Part shown: piece after piece, positions 10,272 through 19,927 of the stretch
Layout of the letters: every line of letters starts with the position of its first letter
How positions within the stretch are numbered: the first letter of the stretch is position 1
NCBI GenBank assembly: GCA_016185545.1
Contig: JACPNJ010000005.1
Location: 271,717-335,716 of the forward strand
From: Candidatus Yanofskybacteria bacterium
GTDB taxonomy: Bacteria; Patescibacteriota; Minisyncoccia; 2-02-FULL-40-12; IGHO2-01-FULL-4-A
Length of the DNA: 64,000 nucleotides
Direction of reading: 5' to 3'
Position numbers and translations under genes: made by a program
Notes under the pieces: model-generated
What the model saw: only the letters and a program-made list of their open reading frames with translations
Told to the model about the DNA's origin: nothing
Database searches by the model: none

Positions 10272-12959
10272 ATGTCGCGTATTTTTGAAGCAAAACTAAT
10301 ATATAGTAAAAAAATCGCCGAAGATACGGTGGAGGTTAGGTTCGGAATCATGATCGCGGATCAAAAGTTTTGTCATCAGCCGGGACAATACCTGCGGCTG
10401 ACCCTGCCCAAGTTTCTATTCATAGATTCCATAGAAAATTCCAGAGACTTTTCCATTTTATCTTGCCGGCGCGAACAGAGAAAACAGGCTACTAAACAAA
10501 AACAAAACGAAGACTGTAACTGTGAGAAAGAGGTTGCGATCGCTTTTAGATTAACAGAGCCCTTTAGTAAATTTAAGAAAACCCTTCTCAAACTGCCGGC
10601 CGGTTCGCCTGTTATAATCAGCGGTCCTTACGGCAATATGACCTTACCTAAGACAAAGGAGAGAATTTCTTTGATTTTTTTTGCCGGCGGCATCGGAATT
10701 ACCGCGTTTATAGACAAGATAACGTCTGTATGCGAAGAAGGTTTGCCCTACCAGCTTACCTTGATTTGGGCTGACCGAAGTCAGAAAAAGGCCGCCTACT
10801 ATGAAGTCGTCAGGAAATACGCCGAGATCTGCCCTGATCGATTCAGACTGATAACTCTGTTTAAGGACAAAGGCAAGGCAATAAAAATAGATTCGGCATT
10901 TATCAAAAAAAACGTTCCTAATTACCTGACCGCCTTTTGGCAGATAGCCGGCCCGACCCCGTTTGTTAAGACTTGTGACGTCCAACTTAGTAAATTGGGA
11001 ATATCCGACGACAAAATAACTTGCGAAGACTACATCGGTTACAATCTGACAAATGGCAAGCTAAGAACCAGAGGCAGAAACATCAAGCCGGAAAACGAAT
11101 TAGGCAGGAAACGTTTCGGCGGATTTTTGGAAGCTATTAACGCGGCAGCCATGGTAACCGAAACGGACGCCCGAGGTAATATTACTTTTGCCAATAAACA
11201 GTTCACGGAAATCTCCAAGTATAGCCAGGAAGAATTAATCGGCCAGAACCACAGACTTTTTAAGTCCGGCCATCATACTACTGAATTTTACCAAAATCTT
11301 TGGCGCACAATATCCAGCGGTCAAGTCTGGCGCGGAGAAATCAATAACATCGCCAAAGACGGCTCGTATTTCTGGGCGGATACCAGTATCGCGCCGGTTT
11401 TTGATAATAAAGGCAAAATCATGAAATACGTTGCCGTGCGGTTCCTGATAACCGACCGAAAAGAAGCGGAAGACAAGGCTCATTATCTCGTTTCAGTCGT
11501 TCAGTCGTCCAATGATGCCATAATTAGCAGTAATTTGGATAATATTATTACTACCTGGAATAAAGGCGCGGAAAACCTTTACGGCTATACGGCCACAGAG
11601 GCAATCGGCAGAAATCACAGTATCATCCTACCGATTGATTGTCATAATGAACTGGCCGAGATACATGAAAAATTACAAAAAGGAAAGGCCGTACCCAATT
11701 ATGAAACCAAAAGAAAGCACAAAGACGGATCAATTGTTGATGTAGCCATGATCGTTTCACTGGTCTTGGACGCCGATGGCGAAATCGTCGGTTTATCAAC
11801 CATCGCCCACGACATTACCGAAAAAAAGAAATTTGACAAAAAAAAAGATGATTTTCTGGCGGTTCTTTCTCACGAGTTAAGAAACCCGCTAGCCGCGATT
11901 TTGTTATACACCCAACTTGCTCAAGCCAAACTTAAAACCACGGCTGGTTATGACGTCTTGATACGCGCCGAATTAGCCGAAGCGATAGATACGATCAAGA
12001 AACAAGCCGGCAATATGACCAGTCTGATTAATGACTTGCTTGACATCGGCCGCGTCATAAACAATAAAATCATCTTGCATGTTAAAAAGACGGATCTGGC
12101 TGATTGTGTTCGCAACGCTGTCAAGACCTCGGAATCCTTTATCCGCGAACGGCAAAATACTCTGTCGGTATCAATGCCCGAGCAACCCTTAATCGTCGAG
12201 GTTGACCCGGTCAGAATGGAGCAAATCATTGTCAATATACTTAGCAACGCTTCAAGATACAGCGCGCCGGGCAAACCGATAGAGCTGACACTAGGGGCCG
12301 GCGAGTCTTTTGGCGAGATTCAGATCAAAGATTACGGCCGCGGCATCCGCAAAGATATGATCGGCAATATTTTTAATATGTTCATCCAGGCTGACAAAGA
12401 CTCCGCCGGCTACAATCAGAACTTGGGCTTGGGTATTGGTTTGTCTTTGATCAAAAACTTAGTTGAACTTCACGGCGGAACCATAACTGTCCAAAGCGAC
12501 GGCCCCGACAAGGGCAGCGTATTTACGGTACGAATCCCGCTTTATTATGTCAGCCAAGCTGAAAGCAAAAACCCAAATACCCAGATTCTGGTGGTTGACG
12601 ATGAGAAAGAAGCGGCCGACGGCCTTGCAGAATTATTAAAAATTAATCTGCCACACAATTATATTATTAAATCGACGTATAGCGGCGACATGGCTCTAGA
12701 AATGATAGCCGCCGGATCAGTCAGCCCCAAATTTATCATGTTGGATATCGCCATGCCCGGTAAAAACGGCTACGAAGTGGCCAAAATAATCAAAAGAGAT
12801 ACCAAATTAACTGGTACCTCGTTAATTGCCGTTTCCGGCTTTGGACAAGAAAACGACAAGCTCAAAGCTAAAGAAGCGGGCTTTGATTATTATTTCACTA
12901 AGCCGTTAGCCAACGTAGATGAACTGCTGCATATTATACAAAAATCAGATAACATATAA
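10272..12959 (+). CDS. Hybrid sensor histidine kinase with N-terminal FNR-like FAD/NAD(P) oxidoreductase domain, two PAS domains, HisKA/HATPase and C-terminal receiver
   Basis: RDFSILS (RxYS), GPYGN and GGIGITAF motifs in the FNR-like domain. Two PAS domains. HisKA box SHELRNPLAAI, G-boxes, and REC (VVDDE...LDIAMPG...K). Confidence 0.8.
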   Translation: MSRIFEAKLIYSKKIAEDTVEVRFGIMIADQKFCHQPGQYLRLTLPKFLFIDSIENSRDFSILSCRREQRKQATKQKQNEDCNCEKEVAIAFRLTEPFSKFKKTLLKLPAGSPVIISGPYGNMTLPKTKERISLIFFAGGIGITAFIDKITSVCEEGLPYQLTLIWADRSQKKAAYYEVVRKYAEICPDRFRLITLFKDKGKAIKIDSAFIKKNVPNYLTAFWQIAGPTPFVKTCDVQLSKLGISDDKITCEDYIGYNLTNGKLRTRGRNIKPENELGRKRFGGFLEAINAAAMVTETDARGNITFANKQFTEISKYSQEELIGQNHRLFKSGHHTTEFYQNLWRTISSGQVWRGEINNIAKDGSYFWADTSIAPVFDNKGKIMKYVAVRFLITDRKEAEDKAHYLVSVVQSSNDAIISSNLDNIITTWNKGAENLYGYTATEAIGRNHSIILPIDCHNELAEIHEKLQKGKAVPNYETKRKHKDGSIVDVAMIVSLVLDADGEIVGLSTIAHDITEKKKFDKKKDDFLAVLSHELRNPLAAILLYTQLAQAKLKTTAGYDVLIRAELAEAIDTIKKQAGNMTSLINDLLDIGRVINNKIILHVKKTDLADCVRNAVKTSESFIRERQNTLSVSMPEQPLIVEVDPVRMEQIIVNILSNASRYSAPGKPIELTLGAGESFGEIQIKDYGRGIRKDMIGNIFNMFIQADKDSAGYNQNLGLGIGLSLIKNLVELHGGTITVQSDGPDKGSVFTVRIPLYYVSQAESKNPNTQILVVDDEKEAADGLAELLKINLPHNYIIKSTYSGDMALEMIAAGSVSPKFIMLDIAMPGKNGYEVAKIIKRDTKLTGTSLIAVSGFGQENDKLKAKEAGFDYYFTKPLANVDELLHIIQKSDNI

Positions 12960-13029
12960 ATGGTTTTTTAACGGCTATTTCTTCGGGCGTAAGCTTGGCG
13001 CCGTTATTTATTATTTTAGAACAATCAAC

Positions 13030-13737
13030 CTACAGACCGCCGTTTATTAACAGTTGATCTATCAAGCCGGCGAAAACTTGATATGGCTGGGCGCCAACAA
13101 GTTGACGGCCATTGAGAAAAAAGTTGGGCGTGCCGCGAGCGCCTAATCGAGCCGCGTCTTGGCTGTCTTTGGCTATTTCCTGCCGATATTTGCCTGATTC
13201 ATAACAAGAGCTGAATTGTTCCGCATCAAGCCCCAGATCAGAAGCAAATTTTATAAGATTATCTTTTTTAAAAACTCCGACATTATAACCGCGGCGTTCA
13301 GAATAGAGCCGATCATGATATTCCCAATATTTCTCCTGTTCTCCAGCGCATTCTGCCGCTTCAGCGGCATTTTGGGACTCGCGACCGTTGATAGCAAGAT
13401 CACGAAACACAATCTTTAGCTTTCCGGTTTTAACATATTTATCAATTAGAGTTGGCTCCGTCTCATTAAAAAACTTGGTGCAAAAAGTACACTGGTAGTC
13501 GCCGAATTCCACCAAAGTTACCGGGGCATCGGGATTGCCAAGCACGGCATCATTGTCTTCAAGAGATGCTGTATCCGGAACGATTTGCGCGGTTTGCGGC
13601 GGGCGTGGCGCGCTGTTGCCCAAATGATTTCTTTCGGGTTGATTAGTGGCTTTACCGCCAGCCAAAATCAGTATCACTGACAGACCGATAGCGCCCGCTA
13701 TCACGCTTATTGAAATTATCAGGGATTTATTTTTCAT
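13030..13737 (-). CDS. DsbA-family thiol:disulfide oxidoreductase (exported)
   Basis: Thioredoxin-fold CTFC active site; N-terminal TM/signal. Confidence 0.75.
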   Translation of the reverse strand: MKNKSLIISISVIAGAIGLSVILILAGGKATNQPERNHLGNSAPRPPQTAQIVPDTASLEDNDAVLGNPDAPVTLVEFGDYQCTFCTKFFNETEPTLIDKYVKTGKLKIVFRDLAINGRESQNAAEAAECAGEQEKYWEYHDRLYSERRGYNVGVFKKDNLIKFASDLGLDAEQFSSCYESGKYRQEIAKDSQDAARLGARGTPNFFLNGRQLVGAQPYQVFAGLIDQLLINGGL

Positions 13738-13740
13738 AAT

Positions 13741-14508
13741 TTATAAAAATCTATTTATATATTCTTCGTAAAATTGAAATTGCAGCAGCCAACCGCGAAA
13801 TTGGTTAAAAACCGGCGTGAACTGGTTGCTGATAAGAAGAGCGCCGAGCGCGATAAGAAAAATACCGGCGACAACATTGATGACCTTGAGCATTCGTCCC
13901 CACTTGGCAAAAGCCGTAAACGCTTTGCCGATAAGAAGCGCGGTGATCAAAAAAGGTATGGCCAGCCCCAAAGAAAACATCATCAGAAGAAATGTGCCCT
14001 GAGCCACTGTGCCGGATCCAGACGCCAGAAAAAGAATGGAGCCCAACAGCGGTCCGACGCAAGGCGACCAACCAAGAGCAAAAAGCGCGCCGATACCGAA
14101 CGAGTTTGTTTTATTAGATGAAGTAAAAAGCTTAGGCAATCGAATCTGTTTTTCTGCGCTCAACCAGGGTAATTTTAATAATCCCGACAAAAATAGTCCA
14201 AACAGTATTATCAAGATACCGCCGATTCTTTGAAGCCATATCCGGATAACAAAAATTTTGCCCAGAAATGAGAAAGCCACACCGAATAATATAAATACCA
14301 GTGAAAATCCAAGAACATAGAAAACGGCGTTGCCGAATATTTTCCAGCGTAACTGTTTTAGTTTCTCGGGATTGTTCAGCTCTTCTGGCCCGACGCCGGC
14401 AATCACGCCCAAAAACGCCGGCACAAGCGGCAAGGTGCACGGCGCGAAAAAGGTAAATACGCCGGCAACAAATGAAGAAAGTATTAATGCGATACCAAAT
14501 TCTATCAT
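13741..14508 (-). CDS. ccdA: Cytochrome c-type biogenesis protein CcdA / DsbD transmembrane domain
   Basis: Six TM helices with conserved Cys in APCTLPLVP and WSPCVGPLL. Confidence 0.75.
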   Translation of the reverse strand: MIEFGIALILSSFVAGVFTFFAPCTLPLVPAFLGVIAGVGPEELNNPEKLKQLRWKIFGNAVFYVLGFSLVFILFGVAFSFLGKIFVIRIWLQRIGGILIILFGLFLSGLLKLPWLSAEKQIRLPKLFTSSNKTNSFGIGALFALGWSPCVGPLLGSILFLASGSGTVAQGTFLLMMFSLGLAIPFLITALLIGKAFTAFAKWGRMLKVINVVAGIFLIALGALLISNQFTPVFNQFRGWLLQFQFYEEYINRFL

Positions 14509-14511
14509 CGT

Positions 14512-15075
14512 TTATTTGATTATTTTATTTATTTTTTGGATTAACTCTGCCTCTGTAAGCGGCCCCAACTTCATATCTTGTATTACTCCTTCGCGATCAA
14601 TAAACACGCTATGAGGCATCGCAAATCCTCCGTAACGTCCATAGGTAGAGTCGGATTTATCGTTAAGTAAAACAAAGGCATCGGCTAAACCAAGCTGATC
14701 CGTGAATTTTCGGCCGGTTTTTTGATCTTCGCCCCGATTAATCGCCAAAGTAACATATTGATCGCCGGATTGTTTTTGAACACGGGCCATAAGCGGGAGC
14801 TCCTCAACGCAAAACGGACACCATGTCGCCCAAAAATTTATGAACACCGGTTTTTGTCCGCGAAAATCAGACAACCTTACGGTCTTGCCGTTATAATCTT
14901 TTAATTCAAAATCGGGCGCGAGATTGCCGATTCGTGTTCCCACCGTTAGCTCGCCTTGCGGTTCTTTCGCGGTTGAGGGCGTTGAAACTGATGTTTCTTT
15001 GTTGTTGCTGTCCCGTAAAACTAACGCCAAAACCGCCGTGATAATTATTACTATAATTGGAATAATTTTTTTCAT
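14512..15075 (-). CDS. TlpA/ResA-like thiol-disulfide oxidoreductase
   Basis: FWATWCPFCVEELP WCxxC motif; signal anchor. Confidence 0.8.
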   Translation of the reverse strand: MKKIIPIIVIIITAVLALVLRDSNNKETSVSTPSTAKEPQGELTVGTRIGNLAPDFELKDYNGKTVRLSDFRGQKPVFINFWATWCPFCVEELPLMARVQKQSGDQYVTLAINRGEDQKTGRKFTDQLGLADAFVLLNDKSDSTYGRYGGFAMPHSVFIDREGVIQDMKLGPLTEAELIQKINKIIK

Positions 15076-15588
15076 TTACTTATTTTTTAAAAATTTTTCT
15101 AGAGCTTTCTTCTGAATATCCTCGAGATGTATAGATGGCCGTTTCGATTTAATAAGATTCAACGCTTCGTTGGCACTTTTGCCTTGCTTCATAAAATAAG
15201 CCGCCACCAGGGTTGGCGCTCGGCCGTGGCCATTTTTACAATGAATATAAAATTTCATTTTATTCTTTACAAAAAAGTCCATTACTTCCACCCCCAGCTC
15301 CAATTGATTTGGAGTAGGCGCCTGATGATCTTCAACCGGTAGCCAAAGAAAATAGTCAATGCCTATGGGATTATCAATCCGGTTTTTTTCTAAACTTATA
15401 TCACCTAAAACATTTTTTTGAATCAATTCTCTGGCATAGCCGACGATACAGCACATATTTGTGCCGATAAAAATTTCGTCGGTTATTTGATCGTAATCAA
15501 AACTTTTATCGGCGCTAAAATGATGATCGCGTTCGTGAGTTTGAATATCATGCTCGCTTAATTGTTTTTCCAAATCTGACAGCTCCAT
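15076..15588 (-). CDS. Dual-specificity / tyrosine protein phosphatase
   Basis: HCKNGHGRAP = HCx5R P-loop. Confidence 0.75.
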   Translation of the reverse strand: MELSDLEKQLSEHDIQTHERDHHFSADKSFDYDQITDEIFIGTNMCCIVGYARELIQKNVLGDISLEKNRIDNPIGIDYFLWLPVEDHQAPTPNQLELGVEVMDFFVKNKMKFYIHCKNGHGRAPTLVAAYFMKQGKSANEALNLIKSKRPSIHLEDIQKKALEKFLKNK

Positions 15589-15662
15589 GGTTTTATTTAT
15601 TTCGGATATATACCGGCTTCATAATATTCTTGAAATTAACAATCATAAGTTTTTCATATTAC

Positions 15663-16292
15663 TCATCTCGAATGACCTCGCGGAGCATTTATTCTCTCCG
15701 GACCAAGATTTTGGTAACGAGAAATAAAATCTTTAATGCGTTGCTGATCGATGCTGCCGGCTTCAACATTGAATTTATCCAATCGTCCCCAAGCCGCCAG
15801 AGCAATATCAGTGTCATTTTTTGAACGCAAGGTAACTATAATATTTCCGCCGGCAAAATCTTTAAGAATATCAATAACCTCGCTTGATAAGTCTGGTTTA
15901 TAAGTAATCCAAACATGGCCATGTTCTAAATTATGGACTAGTTGCTCGTCGGGCAACTCTCTATCGTAAAATCTTGCCGGAGCCGCAACCGCATAATGAT
16001 CGCCGGATGTCGGTGGATTTGAGTTATAGGAACCCACCATGCCATCAGACACATGGTTCCTTCCTAAAATCGAGATTGCTTGGCTGTAATCCTGCCCTTT
16101 GGGCGTACCGGCACGAACTATTAACCATCCGCCACCAATCACAATCGCTAGACCGATAAGCCAGTAACTAATCTTTTTAAAAACTCTTTTGCGGCGCCCA
16201 CTTGAAATCTCGGCTTCTCTAACGACCTTCTTTTGCCTTTGCCGTTCTTCATATGGCACGTTATTTAATTTTTCAGTATTTTGATCTGACAT
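15663..16292 (-). CDS. DUF3105-like membrane-anchored protein
   Basis: PPTSGDH and LEHGHVW motifs; single TM. Confidence 0.5.
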   Translation of the reverse strand: MSDQNTEKLNNVPYEERQRQKKVVREAEISSGRRKRVFKKISYWLIGLAIVIGGGWLIVRAGTPKGQDYSQAISILGRNHVSDGMVGSYNSNPPTSGDHYAVAAPARFYDRELPDEQLVHNLEHGHVWITYKPDLSSEVIDILKDFAGGNIIVTLRSKNDTDIALAAWGRLDKFNVEAGSIDQQRIKDFISRYQNLGPERINAPRGHSR

Positions 16293-16298
16293 TTTTCT

Positions 16299-16490
16299 CT
16301 AATGACAATCGCAGGAAGGGGTGTTGTCCTGCTTATGGGGCGCGCCGCACGTTGAACAGGTTTTGCTTTCTTCGTGATGTTTTTCGTGCTCACCCATTTC
16401 TTCAACCGGATGGTTATGCTCTTTATGCATTTCGCATGGACACGAACACGCCATGCATTCTTCTGATTTTTGATTATGATTTTGATTCAT
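16299..16490 (-). CDS. Cys/His-rich small metal-binding peptide (metallothionein-like)
   Basis: 63 aa with 8 Cys (CxCxCxC..CxxC..CxC) and 10 His. Confidence 0.4.
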   Translation of the reverse strand: MNQNHNQKSEECMACSCPCEMHKEHNHPVEEMGEHEKHHEESKTCSTCGAPHKQDNTPSCDCH

Positions 16491-16547
16491 ATTTTGATTG
16501 TATAATTGAAGTTATCCAAAACGAGGTTTTGAGATAATCTTAATTAG

Positions 16548-16784
16548 TTATTTAATTCCAAGTAATTGTGAAAGGTGTGATTTGTCAAAACCGACAATGA
16601 TCGTACCATCAACATCAATAATCGGCACCGCCATTTGACCGGATTTTTCCATAGCTTCCTTCGCCGCTTCACGATCTGCCGCTACATTTTTCTCCTCATA
16701 AATAACGTCATGTTCTTTGAAGAAAGCCTTAGCCACCTTGCAATACACGCATGTGGGAGTTGTATATATTGTTACTTTAGCCAT
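16548..16784 (-). CDS. Glutaredoxin / NrdH-like redoxin
   Basis: 78 aa; CVYC active site; thioredoxin fold. Confidence 0.8.
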   Translation of the reverse strand: MAKVTIYTTPTCVYCKVAKAFFKEHDVIYEEKNVAADREAAKEAMEKSGQMAVPIIDVDGTIIVGFDKSHLSQLLGIK

Positions 16785-16815
16785 AGTTTTAGTTTTATTT
16801 ATTTATCGTTTTTTA

Positions 16816-17202
16816 TTAACTAATTAACCTGTAATATCCGCCGGCGGTGAAAAATATCGCCGCGTTAGCCGCCAGTAATATCAAATCAAATTCCCAGCCG
16901 GTTTTATCCATGGCGGCGAAAGGAATTTTCCATTTCATCATCTTCATGCCAATTGCCCCGACCATGACAATTGCCAACAAAACGGCGGCCGCTTGCATAT
17001 AAATCCCCAGAATAAGGCCTAAGCTGGAAAGACTCTCAACTATTCCTAAGAAAAATACGGCAGCTCCGGATACTCCCATCATCTGACCCATCATTTTTGC
17101 CTTCATAAGTTTCGGCAGGCCGTGATAAAGAAAGATTATTGCTACCGCCAATCTCAATATAAACAGACCAAGATTGGCGTTCAGGAAAACCGATGGATCC
17201 AT
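16816..17202 (-). CDS. DoxX-family membrane protein
   Basis: FILRLAVAIIFLYHGLPKL DoxX-type N-terminus; four TM helices. Confidence 0.7.
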   Translation of the reverse strand: MDPSVFLNANLGLFILRLAVAIIFLYHGLPKLMKAKMMGQMMGVSGAAVFFLGIVESLSSLGLILGIYMQAAAVLLAIVMVGAIGMKMMKWKIPFAAMDKTGWEFDLILLAANAAIFFTAGGYYRLIS

Positions 17203-17373
17203 TTTGTTTTATTTTAATTAAGCTGATGATTCTCTGTTTTGCCTGCCCCGTAGGGTCGTGAAGCGACTCCTTCGGGGGTTTTCAACTCAGAAAATACACC
17301 ATTCTTAATTATTAATTGATCTCGCACGAGATCGCGAGGACTCGCCCCGAGTCTCTATCTCGTGTGGGACTGA

Positions 17374-18387
17374 CTATTTGAAAAGCTCGGTTTCGGGATG
17401 AACCGCTAACCAACTAAACCAGAATCCTCCGATATACGGCAACGGTTCGCGGTTAGCGCCTATAAACATTCTAATCTCGCCCTCCGGTTTCTTTTGGATA
17501 AAAATCTGTTCACCGTTAAATATGTCTTTTGTTTCGCCGGCTTTCAGAGCTTTTGAATGATATGCTTTATATTTTCCCTTAATTTGAACCCCCAAAACAA
17601 ATTCTTTTTGGTGTAATCGTTTATCATTAAATGAGGCGCCGAATGAGACATCGTTTGATGTATAGTAATCACCATAAGGGTCATAACCGTATGACCTGAT
17701 AGTTCCGGTGTCTTTGGAAAGAACCGTTGTGTTAGGATGAAGTTTTTTCCAATCCCCGTACCTAATAACATCCGAAGGAATAACTTTTAGTTTGGTACCC
17801 GTAAATTTTCCGACAATAGCTTCTCCCAATACTTGAGACCAAAGTGATTCTTTTTTCTCATCTTCGGTTCGATTATACATTACCAGATTTGATTTCCAAA
17901 GTTTGCCGGAAGTGCCGAATTCCACGACTTGACCTTCCAATTTTCTTTCAAAAACGATACCTGTCAAACAAAGGGGGCAATACGTAATCAATACTGGTTG
18001 GTTGCCAACGGTGTCATTCACAATTTCATGCCAAACCAATATTTGATAGGGATAAAATCGGCAATCATTACCAACACAAAGTCCCGTTCCTGTTTCTTCA
18101 TCTTTCAGAAAATCCGCTTCTTCGGTAGACAAAAATTTAGGATCATCAATTGATGGAATCCCGTCTTTGGGCGGACCGCCTGACAGGATTTCATCTAATG
18201 GCACGGAATGTTTTACCCCATCGGTAATCAGAATTTGTTTTTCGGATGTTTCTAAATCCGAATTATTTGGCATAGTCTCTAAAACTTGGGTATCGCCTTT
18301 GGGTAATTTAAACTGGCGAGATTGGTTATAAAAATAAAATCCGCCAATTCCAAGCATTAACACAAGTATTATAATCCACTTTTTCAT
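17374..18387 (-). CDS. DUF3179-like exported protein
   Basis: GGPPKDGIPSIDDPKF motif and CPLC pair; signal anchor. Confidence 0.5.
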   Translation of the reverse strand: MKKWIIILVLMLGIGGFYFYNQSRQFKLPKGDTQVLETMPNNSDLETSEKQILITDGVKHSVPLDEILSGGPPKDGIPSIDDPKFLSTEEADFLKDEETGTGLCVGNDCRFYPYQILVWHEIVNDTVGNQPVLITYCPLCLTGIVFERKLEGQVVEFGTSGKLWKSNLVMYNRTEDEKKESLWSQVLGEAIVGKFTGTKLKVIPSDVIRYGDWKKLHPNTTVLSKDTGTIRSYGYDPYGDYYTSNDVSFGASFNDKRLHQKEFVLGVQIKGKYKAYHSKALKAGETKDIFNGEQIFIQKKPEGEIRMFIGANREPLPYIGGFWFSWLAVHPETELFK

Positions 18388-18749
18388 TTTACCATTTTTA
18401 TAAGTTTTATTAAATGACTGGTCAGCTTATTTTCCCGATTCAAACAATAACATATTTCTTGACCGTAGCGGCATCCGGAAACAACGCCCAAAAGTTCTAA
18501 CTTCTTTAACTGGTGAGAAACGGCGGATAAAGACGAGTTCGTCATCTCGGATATTCTGCCTACGCACGGCTCTTTTTCGGAAATCAATACCTTAAAAATA
18601 CTTATCCTGGTAGGATCCGATAGGAGGCTAAAAATCTCCGCCGGTTCCAATTGTTTGTATTGTTTAGTCATCCCGTTAGAAGTCCTACGCAATCCAAAAA
18701 TGACTCGTTTATAAGCAGGGCTATTGCTGTTATTTATTCGATATTCCAT
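18384..18749 (-). CDS. ArsR/SmtB-family transcriptional regulator
   Basis: HTH (LSDPTRISIFKVL ... VSHQLKKLELLGVV). 4-nt overlap with the upstream gene. Confidence 0.6.
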   Translation of the reverse strand: MEYRINNSNSPAYKRVIFGLRRTSNGMTKQYKQLEPAEIFSLLSDPTRISIFKVLISEKEPCVGRISEMTNSSLSAVSHQLKKLELLGVVSGCRYGQEICYCLNRENKLTSHLIKLIKMVK

Positions 18750-18755
18750 TCGTTT

Positions 18756-18787
18756 AATCCGTTAGGGGGGTGCCTTCTAACGGGATT
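18756..18787 (-). promoter_or_regulatory. CCGTTAG hairpin 6 nt upstream of arsR-like start
   Basis: aatccgttag gggggtgcctt ctaacgggatt. Confidence 0.5.
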
Positions 18788-18839
18788 CATTGATTATTAG
18801 TAGAACTTAACATAAGTTGAATGTTTGAGCAACTACTCA

Positions 18840-18868
18840 AGTATACTGCCAAGCAAACATAAAGTCAA
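18840..18868 (-). promoter_or_regulatory. Near-consensus sigma70 promoter (TTGACT-17-TATACT) reading toward arsR-like gene
   Basis: The reverse complement reads TTGACTTtatgtttgcttggcagTATACT. The same 30-nt motif recurs at 20838-20866. Confidence 0.45.
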
Positions 18869-18949
18869 GCAAAAGCAATGTAAAAGAGAAAACCGAACCA
18901 ATTTCTGTTGGAAAGCACGAGTTATTCGTGAGTTTGCGCTTGGGATTGA

Positions 18950-19314
18950 TTAAATAATAAGTGTTTCCCAGCCGCTTGCGATGCGCGCGCCGATATCCGG
19001 ATGGCCGTTGTTTTCATCCATAAAATTTGCTCCAAGCGCCTTGAGTTCGTCCTCTACTTTGAATGCCTTGGAGCAAAAAGAGCACACGCCTTTAACGACA
19101 CCGCCCTCAAGAAGTTCTTGGTAGAGTCCTTTGAAGTGATCGTTCTTGGGAAACTCCGCGGCCCACTGTGTGCCGCCACCGTCAAATATGAGCTCGACCT
19201 CCAGGCCTTTTGCTTTTGCCTGTTTGGCTTGGCGTAAAGGAGCGCGTGCAAAGCGCGACCCATATTTTCGTGCGTGCTTTTGTCCGCCAGCAAAATGATT
19301 AAAAGTTTTTTCAT
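18950..19314 (-). pseudogene. DsrE/DsrF-like family gene interrupted by a 1-nt frameshift
   Basis: The N-terminus MKKLLIILLADKSTHENMGRALHALLYAK runs in one frame. GLEVELIFDGGGTQWAAEF...VCSFCSKAF...GHPDIGARIASGWETLII continues in another frame after an A-rich run near 19195-19215. Confidence 0.5.
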
Positions 19315-19472
19315 GAGTATTTATTTTAATCTGTTAATTTATTTCCAGCAAAATATCAATTAAATTTATAATTAAATGCTAATAAGCGTATCGTTGCGAA
19401 ATATGGGCCCCACCTCGACGCCAATCTCTGGCCCACACCCCGTTTCTTAACAAGACGCTGTTTGCTATGTCT

Positions 19473-19796
19473 TTAACGGGATTGTGTTATTTGTCGTTTT
19501 ACAGTACCAAAGAGAGGCGACTCTTTATCAATGCGATAATAAACGGATTTAATGTCCCTTCTTGATTTTACCAAACAACACTTTCTAAGCGCCTTCAGAG
19601 AGTGAGAAACAGCGGAAACGGAAACCCCTACCAACCCAGCGATCTCTGACACTGACAGTTCCTTATGTTTGCACAACAAATAACAAATCTTCATTCTTGT
19701 TAAATCGCCGAGAACATTAAAATCACAAGCGCATTTTACGAGGGCCTTTTTATTGCTAAGCTCTTTTTTTATTCTATTTCTGGTTTTTATATCCAT
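19473..19796 (-). CDS. arsR: ArsR-family metalloregulator with CxCD metal site
   Basis: KCACDFNVLGDL matches the ELCVCDL-type arsenite-sensing motif; HTH follows. Confidence 0.75.
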   Translation of the reverse strand: MDIKTRNRIKKELSNKKALVKCACDFNVLGDLTRMKICYLLCKHKELSVSEIAGLVGVSVSAVSHSLKALRKCCLVKSRRDIKSVYYRIDKESPLFGTVKRQITQSR

Positions 19797-19916
19797 CCCG
19801 TTAGAGACAGGTTGCGACTCTGTCGCAACCGTACCAAATTAATTTATAATTACTTCCCGTTTAAGTACAATAGCCACCGCTTTTTAGTTTTCGATACGCG
19901 CTATGTCTCTAACGGG
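19797..19916 (-). promoter_or_regulatory. CCCGTTAG terminal-inverted-repeat leader element abutting the arsR start codon
   Basis: cccgttagagaca (19797-19809) and tgtctctaacggg (19904-19916) flank an inner hairpin ggttgcgactctgtcgcaacc. Confidence 0.6.
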
Positions 19917-19927
19917 ATCCACTGGTA

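Noticed and set aside
19001-19237. Plus-strand 78-aa ORF
   Set aside because: Antisense shadow of the frameshifted DsrE-like gene, whose two halves give a clear family-like translation on the minus strand.
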